Of a stretch of 64,000 nt of DNA, positions 26,301 to 38,700 are shown piece after piece. Origin of the DNA: Vermamoeba vermiformis. Taxonomy: Eukaryota. The position numbers and the translations under genes were made by a program. The stretch lies in the NCBI GenBank assembly GCA_045837725.1, contig JBEWZL010000066.1:310001-374000 (forward strand), read 5' to 3'. Every line of letters starts with the position of its first letter. Position 1 is the first letter of the stretch. The notes beneath the pieces were generated by a model. The model searched no databases. It saw nothing but the letters and a program-made list of their open reading frames with translations, and was not told where the DNA came from.

Positions 26301-27752
26301 GTCCATTGATCCAACAGGATGTTGTAAAAATAGAAAGTCCAAGTATGTGACTGCCAAATTAAGTAATCGTCGGTGATGATGGTAATTCGCCCGGACGCTG
26401 TCGGCGGCACTATCAGTTCTAACTTGGTTTGTGGTACTGTCGAGCATTGCTATTTGGGGGGTGAGCGTAGAAACAGCAAAAACAAGATATCGCTCCGATG
26501 TTGCTTGTAACTGGGGTCGTGGGAGGTATTGTATCTCGGTGGTCTCGCTCGTCAATAAGTTGTTACTGATGATTCTGCCAAATGTAGTCCAATAGACATT
26601 ATCGCCACTAATGGCGGTATTAACATTCAATGGGACAACAGTTTGCGTCAATAACGCTGCAGTGTTGATAGTCAGAACTGACGCTAATGAACGTGTCGTG
26701 CTTGTGGCGTAAATGATTCCATTGTGGGCTATAATGTTCGTTACTGCTGGATAAAATCGTTGCGGCAAGTTGTACCGCGTAGAAGTACTTCGTTCAAAAT
26801 TAGTAACGACAATTTGACCGGGCTCTATCGTGTATAGCTCGTTGTTAATCATCACGTGACCAAATCTGTTGTTGATGACTGGCAGCGTTTGAGACAGGAT
26901 TAATTGTCCGGTGAGCGAGATGAGATTTAATTGCCCGTTGCCAGATATCAAAACAATTGCCGAAGATGATGGCGCAAAGTACATTCCAAAGTTGGCGAGA
27001 GCAGCTCTGACTGGACTCGGAAATTGGCCGGTTCTGATTCTTGTTTCAACGTCATACATATCCACCATTAAATTGTTATTAATGTTTGTCATGCATATTA
27101 GGTGAGTTCCGTTGGTAGTGGCGCCTAACCACGCGATCTGTTATTATTGGGCTAGCTGAGAGATTTTCTGGATCTACGATCAATATTGTATCTCCGTATA
27201 TAATCGCCTTGGAGCCTATAGCTATGCCTCTGAGATAAGCATTTACATATAATTCTGCTGGAATTGACCGGGTGGATCCCGAGTGCGTGTCAAAAATGTC
27301 AATCTGAGCTTGGTATGTTCCATCGGCGAGAAAGCCTCCAATAAATAATATATATTGACCGACTGCTAGTGTTAATATTTGTCGACGAGAGGTAGGTAAT
27401 CGCATTGTTGACCACTGATTTTGTTTCGTGTCCAAAATGTCAACCAGATCGGATGTGCCAACACCTGCTGCATCCTGCATTCCAACGAAATAAATTTTAT
27501 CATCCACGATTGCCATCGAGGATCCGGGACGTGGCACGCTTAGTTCCAGTGGTACAAAGCAACCTTTTATCAATATTATTATTTTTAATATAAATTTATT
27601 TTGGAACAAGTACGAGCATACCTTTAATTACGGCAAAATATAAGAAAACAATAATTGCTTCGTATAAAATATTCTTTTTTGCTAAAAGAAACGAATGTTA
27701 ATTAATAAAAACGGCTTTTAAAAAAATATGAAGCATTTTTACCTCTCTGCAT
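23304..27752 (-). CDS. Single-pass receptor-like kinase (TKL / Entamoeba TMK-like) with Kelch-like and Ig-like ectodomain
   Basis: The signal peptide comes from short exons (MQRAKKNILYEAIIVFLYFAVIKG). Kelch-like repeats, Ig-like units (ADGKYTVEIFDQC, SYAWTING) and a TM helix ILVIAIVAPVLVVVVAIVAVVIF follow. The kinase has VAVK, HRDIKPQN, DFG and YMAPE. Frameshifts near 26400 and 27130. Confidence 0.88.
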
Positions 27753-28032
27753 TGTCTGTTTCCCTAATCCACCATTGAATTAGACATATGTCGTTGTTAT
27801 GTTGCACGTATCAAACTTTGTTACACAATGGGACAAAAATTTTCCGACGAGTTTAGGAGATCTAATGGCGTAATAAACCAGTGCAGCCACAATGAGCAAC
27901 GGATCTTTTGAATAAATCTTCAATTGATGTATCGTTTATTAAAAACGAAGGACGGCGTCACTCGAATACATCGTAACGGCAAGATTTTGTGTCATTCTCT
28001 TTCCTGGATCACGCTTTAAATAAAATACTTGA

Positions 28033-31000
28033 TTATGTTTCTTTTTCTTTGAAATGCATTGCAGCGTCCGGCATAATCGAGATAACGGACACGCCCCACT
28101 TATTTTTCAGCGTCAGATCCGCACCTTTGTCCACCATTTCTTTGCACAACCAATGCACTTCGTTCCTTTGCAATGCCAACATCAGCGGTGTGTTGCCGTC
28201 CTTGTTCTGAATATTGACGTTGGGATTCTGCTGTAACAAATAGCTTTGCACTTCATTGCGGTGCATTGGATAGCTCAACAACACATTTCCGTTGATGTCT
28301 TGAGTGTTGATGTCAAAGCCAACTTGTTCGATCAAAAATTCAGCTAAGAATAGGTACGAAGTGGCCAAGCTGAAGAGATTGTGCGAGAGCTGGGCGTCGG
28401 TTTTGGACATCTCGATTATTTTCTTCGTTTCGTTAATGACGAATTGAATGTTCTCTGGTGTCATCAAATGACTTGCGTTTTGAGTAAACCAATCTAACAG
28501 ATTAACAGTCAGTCATAATGTATGAGGATGAATTAGAGCTAATCGTTACCTTTGGATATGAGCACACTGTAGCCCTTGAAGTACTTGACGAGATAATAAA
28601 CAAACGAGTGTCCCTGTACATCCACCGCTTGGAGTTTGACGTTGTGCTTGAGCAGTTCTTGAATGAGGTGGAAGTCCGATTTGAGACAAGCAATCATCAG
28701 CGGTGTCATGTTGAAGCCTTGTTTAGGCAAGTTACAATCGGCACCGCATTTCACCAGCGTCGACAGCAATGAACTACATCTTGGATAATCAAGGACGTAG
28801 TGGATCGGTGCAATGCCGTTGTTATCTACTTTGTTGACGTCAACATGCGCTGCAAGATATTTCATCACATCTGCACTGTTAAATATCGCGTAATGTATGG
28901 CTGTCTTGCCTTCGCTGTCTGTCAAATCAGGTCTAGCGCCACGTGCCACGAGATACTCTATCATTGGAAAGAGCTGGCGCTGGCCAGAAGCTATTGCCCC
29001 GAGAAGCGGCGTTACTTTTGTACCTTCTTCGTCAGAGTAAGCATTAATATCTGCGCCATAGAACAACAATAAATCGACAATTCCCAAGAGCCTATATACA
29101 GGGAGCATAGGTCTCTGTCTAGCGAGTTCATATAAAGGCTGTAATCCTTTTGCAGGCGAAGGCTCGGCTCCGTTCTCTAACAGCCAGCCTATTAAATCTT
29201 CGCGTTGTTCTTTAATTGCCACGAGCAGCGGTGTCATGTGATTGGTATCAGCGAGATTGATGTTGATGTTATATTTCTTGACGGCGTGATCCAGCACTGG
29301 AATTTCGGCTTCCCAGCATTTGATCATGTAGTTGAATAGTGATGTGCCTACTTCATCGCTGTCCTCATCATCTTGTTCTACTTTGTTCAGGTCTTCAATC
29401 TTCAACAAATCCACAAAGAAATCTAGCATAGTCTATCTTCTCGCTGATTAATAAATTGCACCAATGCAAGTCAAAGAGCCAATTTATGTCCGGAGAGCTG
29501 TTGGCGTTCTTCTCAATGATCAGTTTTATCACTTGTTGGATAAACGTTATGTTATCACTTTTGCGATTATCGTCTTTTTCATCACCAAACAGCGCGCTTC
29601 CATCAATTTTAGCACCAGCGTTGACTAGGTACTCAATCCACGACATATTCTCGAGTGTCAATGCACGTTGGATTGGAGTCTGGTAGTTCGCGTTTTTGCA
29701 AGTCAGCCAATCGTTTGCTAATGGGCCAAACTCTCTGATGTACTCGTCAATCAAGCCTGTTTCATAACCACCATCCATTACATGGTGCACAATATTGCCG
29801 GTCTTATCCGCGGATGAAATCATTCGTTGAAGTTGTTCTTTGGTGAATATCTTGTGAAGTTCCGCGGAATCAAAAGAACTTGCGAGGCGCTCCATAACGG
29901 CAGGAGTCATAGTTTCCGAGATTTCTGCGGCGTTTTTGATCAAAAAGGCTTCTATATTCTCTTTTTCGTCTCGCTCTAACAACATGTTGAGTCCGTCAAT
30001 CGCCGGGAAGTACTCGTAATAGAAAAACGCTTTCCAAGAATCCTTTGCCACTAGTTTTGTGGCCACGCTCGATAACGAAGTCTTTTTTGGTCTTCTCACA
30101 TTAATTGGTTGACGAGTGATAGCCGGAAATTTGTATTCGTTGATACGGTCCTGCAAATCAATCTCGTATTGGACTGATGAATACTTGGCCAGCTGTTTGA
30201 CATCCTCGACTTTCGATCGCATTATGTGGCACAGTAAGGGTGATTTGTAATCGTCCCCAGTCCATACGTCATCACCTGCCCATATTTGATCATATGAGTA
30301 GTGCTTGCGCCAATTTTTATCTGACATGCTGCTGATGCGCAATTCGATGTTCTTCGGTACTTCTTTCACCAAATTCGTGCTACTGTGCAGCACTTTGAGC
30401 GAGGGGAAGCTATCCAAGAGATTTGTTACAGATACAGGCCATTGAACGGCTAATTCCACCACGTTTGGATGTTTCTTAGTCGAGTTCCATTGCAATTGTT
30501 GGTCCAGAAACTGAACTCTCGTTGCGTTCGGAAATAAGTCCATCATATTGCTCGAAATACAGGCTGTTTTGATGGAATCGAATGTCATGCCAGGGAAGTT
30601 ACTTCCGTCATATTCCATGGAGAATTGGACGAATGTATGAAGTCGTGGTGAAGATTTGAATAAGGCAGCCAATTGAGCTTTGGATAAACGAAGCCCCGTA
30701 AGCACGATTGTTGTAACTTTAAATCTTGATGCGATCGTAAAATACTTGTACATGTGCAGCGGTATCGAGGTGTTAATAAGCAGCTGTTTGTCGTCAGCCA
30801 GGATGGCAGCTTGGTACCATTGCTTGCAAACAAAAATCAAAGATTGGAGCCAATATTCAAACCGAAAATATCCGAATATGAAATTGCCCAATATCTCGTC
30901 AGGAAGTAGCGCAAAGTCGAAGTAGATGTCTGACATTTTATTAGAAATTATCAAAAATGAATTCTTTAATTAAAAATTTACCTTCGGTCATCTTTCGTTT

Positions 31001-31143
31001 AGGAACGTAGTTATTAAATGAAGCCTATTTTTCAACATCATGTTAAATAAATATTTTGGACAAATGAAGATGCTTACTTGGACATCCGCTTTATGTTTCT
31101 TCGAATTTCTCTGATCGTTGGTAGTTGATGCATTTCTTTTCAT
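28033..31143 (-). CDS. F-box + LRR-like + ankyrin-repeat protein
   Basis: Two short basic 5' exons splice into the F-box FALLPDEILGNFIFGYF. Many ankyrin repeats follow (TPLLVAI, TPLLGAI, TAIHYAI, TPLMIAC, GNTPLMLA). Frameshift near 29430. Confidence 0.8.
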
Positions 31144-31212
31144 TGTTAACTATTGTACGATATCTTGTGCAGTGCTCTTATGTCCAACTAAAAAGCCGAA
31201 GAAACAGATCTT

Positions 31213-34200
31213 TTATTTCGTCTTTATCGACATAAACCGAGGTAACAACGGGTTTCTATCGCTGTTAGGAATATTATTCTTTTGGTTTTCGATATATTCT
31301 GTCAAGTTCTTAATCATTGAGGCCAAACACGAGTCCACACAACTACGAGCAATGCTTCGCAACTCCAAAAAGTCCTCAGGCTTGAAAGGATTGACCTTCT
31401 CGAACAACTTCGGATTGGCTTTGAACTTCTCAAGGACCTCGTCCTTTAGAACTACACCGATTTGATTAGACAGAGTCGTGAACAGTTCGTAGCGACTGGC
31501 AACCGAGTCACGTAAGTCATAATGTGGATCTGTTAAAAAACACTTGTTAGAGGATACGAATGTAGTGATAGTAGAGGATAGAGTACAACGTACCTATTTC
31601 TTCGGGCGTTAATACATCGCCGTACTTGGTAATGACGAGGGGCTTAATGAGATGCTTCCAGAAGTACATGCTTGCAGTACTGTTTCCACTGTTAAATTAT
31701 CAAAGTTAGGTGTGGTAATTGTTGAAACGAACGAGCTAGTTACTTACAAGACTAGGTTAAGATAGGATACGAGAGTATTTACAGACAAGCCAGAAACAGA
31801 GACCGACTTTAGGCGTCGCAAAGTGGTGCGTAAAAACACTTTGGCTACACGTGAGATAATCTCGGCAAACACCAAGCTTGAGTACTTAGGGCTCTGCGTG
31901 ATATTTTGTTAGTCAATCTCTGAAGGGTGATGTTCAGAATAAGACTTACGTTCTTCAAGTAGGGTCGCAACAAGCCCAAAAATCGGATATTAATACCGAT
32001 TCCATGGAGTTCTAAAGTTAATGTAGGACCGTCATAAACTTTGATTTCTTCGTTGATGAGAAGCTCGGCAAAGTACGGGATCAGCTTCTCTTTCAAGTAG
32101 TCTTCGACTTCTTGCAAGTTTTGTTCGTCTTTTCTCTTGTCTTCGTCTTCAACTTGGAACATTGTAAACGCGTCAGAACTCAACGGCACTTTCCACTGCT
32201 GTAACATTTCATAGCGGAGAAGATTGTACAACTGTCGTCCTTTGAGGGATGATGTTGCGACGATGATAGCATCGCCGTAGATCGGAACTTGAGCCATACT
32301 TGTAGCTCGTCTATTAAGAGTGGGATTTGTCAAGTGCTGTTCATATGATAGGATTAGTATTGGTTGAATGTAGAAGGCTATGTGCTTGTACCTCTTTATC
32401 GATGTAAAAGATGGAGCCACGAGGGAACAGCGACTCTTTGAGTTCAATGCTAGGATTGTCCTTGATCTCTGCAAACTGATTGCGCACTTCAGTTCTCCAG
32501 CCCTTAACACGGACTTCAATAATTTGCAACGGAGCCATTTTAGTCCATTGGCCGTCCGTGTACTCGGCGTCTCTTGGCATTTTGAACACGTGGAAGGTCT
32601 TTTCTGGTGGAAATGGTGGCATGACACGAGCTGTGTCAATGACGTAGTACCGGCCGTCGAGACCTTTGTGACCTTCAATATCGCCTGGTCCGTAGATCTT
32701 TCGTGGTATCTTGATGCCAACTTTGTGGCCTTTAAGATTGGCGGCCTTCGCAGCTGATCATAAAATAAGATACTTGCTTTAAAGTGAGTAACAAGGCGCA
32801 GTAGTTACCTAGCTTCATCTTTTCATTTAGAATTTTATCCTCCTTTAAAACAGTAACACCTCCGTCATCACTGCCGTATTTGAGCGTGCCTTTACCGATA
32901 GGAAGACATGGGGTGGCTGTTCAAATGTTAGACGGTGTAATTGCGTAAAGTGCGTATAATTACCAATGATTCTGAAGCCGCGATAATCTACAAGAACAGT
33001 AATGGGCACTCTAAGATCAGGGATTCGTGCCCAGAAGTACGCTTTGATGCCTAATATCTCACGATCTAAAGCTCGTTAGTACCGGGTCGATTTTTAGTAA
33101 GACATAGGACTTACTTGCTGCTTTGGCTGCGTTTGAATCGCCACCGTAAATACCCATGGAGTCGATAGCAAACTTGAAGAAGATGCCTTTGAACAGGTAC
33201 TTCTGACCTCCAGCCACACCACCAACGTCAACTGGTTTGATTGACTTTTGTTCTACAGGCAAGTACGCTTCGTCTATGATCACACGAGCAATCATCTCGG
33301 CGTAACCAACAAACTCTCGAACAATGCCGTGATAGTAAGTCAACTGGCCTAACAGCTCCGTTTCTACAAGTAGTTAGCACGTGATGTGAAGACACTCCGA
33401 GTGTCAAACTTACCATTTTTAGTCATTTCAGTTTTGCCGTACGAGTCCAACAAATGGTCTTGCCAGTTACGCACAGGGAATGCAAGTATCTTTTCCATCA
33501 ACGGATGCAAAGTTCTCGTCGTGGTCATGATTTCAAGTTCGCCCTTAGCACCGATAGATGCCGTTGTAACTGGGATTGGCCACTTCTTTTGTTGGCTCGT
33601 CCATTGATTTAGCCTTCTCGAGACCTTCAGGCTCTTCTTCGCTGCTGGACTCGTCTAGCTCTGTCTCACGGTAAACAGTCGAGGGATCGCTGTAGCCTTC
33701 AATTGTCTCTGTGTAGCCCCGGCTAGGCTTGTTTTCTTTATCGTCATCGTCACTAGCTTGGTCTTCATCCAAATCTTCACCTGTGCCGTAGGTGCTCTTG
33801 TAGTAATTGAGGTAACTATCGGTACGAAGAATACTGTTTGATTTCATCAGCGTTTGCTTCTTAAACTGCGTTTCTTGCTCTTTCTTCTCCTCGTCTTCAT
33901 TGTCGCTGTCATAATCCGTGTCGTCCGTCGAATACACTATTTCAATGTATTGATTGGATGTTGATGTCTCAGTGTTTGGCTTGTCGTCTGAAAGAGTGGT
34001 TGGTCCATATAGCGCGATTCAGCACTGTCTAAGTACGTGCTAGACACGCCAAGTCCTTCAGTGTATCGTTCGGATCCACTGTTATTATCGGATGTGCTTA
34101 CGACATATCCTGTGTTGTCGAATTTAGCGCTGAGCCTAGAATTTTCTGACGTTCGTCCGCCTGACGCTTCAGGATATTCTTCGTACTTTTCGATGTTATC

Positions 34201-35246
34201 ACTGCCGGGTTGCGTTGTGCGAAGGTTGACAACTTGATCCGAAGGTTCAGAAACGCTCTCGAAGAAGTTAACGCGAGCTGATAATGTGCCACTAACACTC
34301 TTTTTAAGTGTTCCTGAAGTAGCTGAATTTTTCAATCGTGCAGAGAATGTTCTTTGTAATGTGGGTTTGCTGTTGAGCATTTCCATGTCTTGTGTTAGGG
34401 AGGTATTCTTTGCAACTTTTTCTAAATCTCCGACGAGACTGTCTGATGCATGCGCTCCACGTACATTAGTCTACGAAATTTCAAAGGTTAGGGTTAGGTT
34501 GTTAGCTATTTTTGGGATAGTTTTTGGATCTTACGTTTTCGGTCTCCCAGGCAATTTCATTTTGTATGCCAAATAAACTTCGCAATTTAATAAACGCGTG
34601 ATCGAATTGGTGCTCTTGACCTTTGTCATGATAACACTGGATGCAGTACCGCAGATCTTTGCAATGCGTGCAGACAAACATGACACCAATAATCATTTTG
34701 CGGCAATTTGAGCACGGCTCGTGTTGTAATACTGGCTTATTTTCGACATCTGCGCACGACATTAATTAACAAATTTAGCTATGAGTTATTTTTAGATCGG
34801 AATAAAATTTACAACAAATCCGCGTATGAGATCTTGTATAAAGCGATTGAAGTTGTATTTACCTTTAGTGGCATTGGGGAAATTAAATCCGCGAAGAGCG
34901 TGAGCTAAATCAAACGCTACAAACGCGTGAGTTGCCGGATGGTACTCGGGAGCGATCCTTTCGCATTTGTGACATAGTTTAAAGTCCTCGCATTGAATAC
35001 ATTTATAACCTACAATATAAATCAATATAAAAACGAGCTTGATTCAAATTAAAACACGGAATTCTGATCGACACCACGAAGAGGCAAATAAAATAATAAC
35101 CTCAATAATTAGCGTCATTATATTAATTTATATCCATGTCATTTCTTCTAATATATTAAGGTACCTTTAGTTACGGTAGAGGCGTTCTTCTGTCCAGTTT
35201 GAAATAGGCGTTGCTGGCAAACACTACAAGTTAACTTGCTGGACAT
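31213..35246 (-). CDS. ZZ zinc-finger + Clu-domain protein
   Basis: Two ZZ-like fingers (YKCIQCEDFKLCHKC...H..TH and CSNC...CTHCKDLRYCIQC...H..DH) and an acidic low-complexity linker. Clu-family motifs GGVAGGQKY, GIFFKFAID, VDYRGFRII and LHGIGINIRFLG. Confidence 0.75.
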
Positions 35247-35795
35247 TTTGATATTTACAATGACTCAATATGATTGAGTTGTGTAGTGTTGCTATTTAAA
35301 ATAAGTATGAAATGGTCAGCGTCAAGCGATTTTCGGTTCTTTGACGATATTTTTTTCGCGTCTTCTGAAAATGTGGAAAAACTCACAAAAGAGAAACATT
35401 AACCTTTAAGAACACCACAAAATTGTATATTGCGACGTGATTTTTGGTTGACACATCGCGATGACCGTTTAAACACTTCCCGATTGTAAGATCGATTGTA
35501 AGATTCAGATCTCTGAGCGTGACATACATTCTGATCGTCATTCGCTATTGTTCCTATTATTCTAAAATTCCGCCACCCCTTAAGGTCCCATTTTGCGTAT
35601 CTTTGTTGGACGAGTAAATCACAGTAACGGTTAATTTTTTGGCAGCCAAGGGAAAAGATTTTATGCGCATTGTTCGTCAAAGCCAATTACGTCCTTGTAT
35701 CATATCACACATATTATTAAAGATATTTACATAATAGTTGTTGTGCTGTCCAGTTGACACGAAGACTACAAGGTCGATCTGGATGAACCGGCACA

Positions 35796-38700
35796 ATGAA
35801 GGCTATTGCTGTTAAATTATTAAACAAATACCTCGGTGATTATGTCGAAGGTAAGATCGAGTATATAATCGCATAAAATAAATAAAGAACAATATTCGTA
35901 AAAAATGACGAAATAGTTCCATTTAATCAATTAGATCACCGTCCGAAATCGTAACGATTTTATCAAAAATAAGAATATATACTTTTGAACGCTTTGCACG
36001 ATGTAAAATGCGAAGGGGCATCAACTTATGTCAAATCCGAATTTTATTAATTATTTTCTGATTCACAGGCTTTGATGAGAAGTTTAAAGTTGGTATTTTA
36101 AGTGGAACAGTAGATGCTCATCATTTAAGACTAAAGAAAAATGCTCTTGATAAATTTGGGCTTCCAGTGACCGTTGAAGAAGGTAAGTACATCCAGATTA
36201 CGCAAGGAGCGCAAAATAAGCCTTATTTAACCCATTCCTCGTTACAATATTAATTGATTTTATAGGTTATCTCGGTCACGTTCATTTAGAGATCCCTTGG
36301 TCGAGTTTGAGCAGCAAGCCAGTCGTGATCCGACTTGAAGACATTTTCATTCGAGTCAGGATTGATGTAAGACCCATTCTTTATCATGCCTTATCTATTT
36401 ATACTCACATGATCTTATACTTGATAGAAATCCAACCCGGAAAAGCGGAAACGGGATCGGCTTGTACTTGCGGAAGTTCTAGGGCTGGATAAACCAGAAT
36501 CAGGTGCGTTAATGTTGCTCAAAATAAGGAATTTTTCGATGAATATGCTTTAAAGCCTATATCTAATCATATATGACTTGCAGAGGAAGAGAAAGACAAG
36601 AAAGCTAGAGAAAAAGCTCAGCAGCAAGAAATAGCTGATAAAATGAAAAAAGAAGACGGATTTATGCAGCAGTTAATTATAAAGATAGTTAATAACGTAC
36701 AGATAGTCATACACGTAAGTCATTAACGGATCATCTTAATTACGAAAAAACTTGTAAAGTTAGCGTAGCAAGTACTGAGACTAATTTATATTACAGAATC
36801 TACATATACGATATGAAGATGAAATAACAGATCCGAAACATCCATTTGCTGTCGGTTTTACACTCGAAGAAATTCGTTTGCGATCCACCGACGAACATTG
36901 GAACGAAAAAGAGTTCATTAACATGGAAATAGCTAATCCTTATAAGGTAATGGTTATAGGATACATAACTATGTATACTAATCGCCTGTTAGATCGTTAA
37001 ACTACGAAATTTCTCGCTGTATTGGGATAACTTCAAAGATAACTCTGCTTTCTTGAAATATTCGAGCATCGAAGAAATGGCGAATCAATTTAGAGCATTG
37101 GTGAGTTACGGATCATGTTTACAATATGGTACTAACTATTTTTAGATCAAAACTGATAAAGCTGATCCCGAGCATCAATACATTTTGTCACCTATTTCTG
37201 GTGAAATGAAAGCAGCCTATTATAAGGACTTAAAGACTTTGGAAAAGCCTAAAATCAATTTGGAATGCAAATTATACAGCTTGGATCTGTCGTTGGACTC
37301 GCAACAATACAGATCTGCTTTCAGACTATTAGACTACTTTTCTACACTATATTTCCGCGACAAAAAGGTACAATTATACAATAATGTACATTTCGTTTCT
37401 AATTATGGTAATTAGCGTCCTAAAAGACCCACCCAAACTGTTCGCCAAAATCCTAAACAGTGGTGGCAATTCGCTGCTAACTGCGTGATGGCTAATATTG
37501 AAAAAGAACGCACCAAGAAATACGGATGGCAATGGAGCTGGCATCAAATTAAAGAACGAAAGATTAATAAGGCGCATTACTCGGATCTGTTCAAAAAGAA
37601 ATTGGAAGGAAAACTCACCCCGAAAGAAACTGAAGAGCTCGACGACTTAGAAATGGATAAGCTGAATTACGACGACATTATTTTAACGAGGAAGTACGTC
37701 TATTCACTGGTACAAGAACGAGAACGAAAAGACAAGCTCAAAAATGCCAAGTCTTCATCCGTGTCAGGTGATTCAGGCGAGGCCAGTCGCACGTCACGGT
37801 TCTTGGGATGGCTCGGATTTGGTGCTAAATCACAAGCCCCACAGCCTGTCAAAGAAATCGAAAAGCCCGCGCCGCCACCAATGCCCCCACCAAAGACAAC
37901 CAGCGACGAAAGTGACAGCGATGACGAGTACTATGACGCCGCTGAAGACGTGCATGAAATGGATGAAGACGATTTGTGGAAAGAAATTTATTCAGCTGCC
38001 AATATCAACTCTGGCGCGGACGATTTGTTGCGAAAATATCCCAAAGATTACGTCAAAACACAGATCGATCTTAGTATTCAACGAGTATCAATTTCATTGC
38101 GAGATGAAAAGGGCAAGCGAGACAACATTGCTGTCTTTTCACTCCTTGATGCAAACGGAGTTGCCAAAATGCGAGAAGGCTCGTTTGGTCTCTTGGTCGA
38201 TTTGGGCTCGCTGTTCATCAGTGATTACCATACCAAAAAAGGCAATCGATTCGACATTGTATCTCCGAACAAAGGAGCTCACTTTCACACGCACGGAAAC
38301 CTCTCAGTGCGCGGCGATAGTGAGAAATTGGCACGTATTGCCATCGACATTAATCCACCTGATGAAGTGACACCTGTCAACGTGCGTGTCGAGTACAAGA
38401 GTGGACCGTTGTTCATCACGTTCTCTCGTGCACTCATCGATAGAATCGTGGACTTCTTTGACACTGGTGCACCAGCTTCACAGAACCTTGTGCAATTGGC
38501 TCAAGCAGCGAACAATCAACTCGGCCAGCTCACCAAAGCTCAACTGCGCTATGCTCTTGAACACCGCAAGACCCTAAAACTGAACATCGATCTTGACGCA
38601 CCAATGATCATCATTCCGCAAGACATTCACGATCCAACGAGCCCTTCTCTGCTAGTCGATTTGGGTCATTTGCAAATGACTGCAAGACCGCCACCTCCGC

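Noticed and set aside
30930-31215. Possible fusion of the Clu gene with the downstream F-box-ankyrin gene
   Set aside because: The Clu frame stops at 31213 with an overlapping AATAAA, and a new ATG at 31143 opens the short exons that splice into the F-box.
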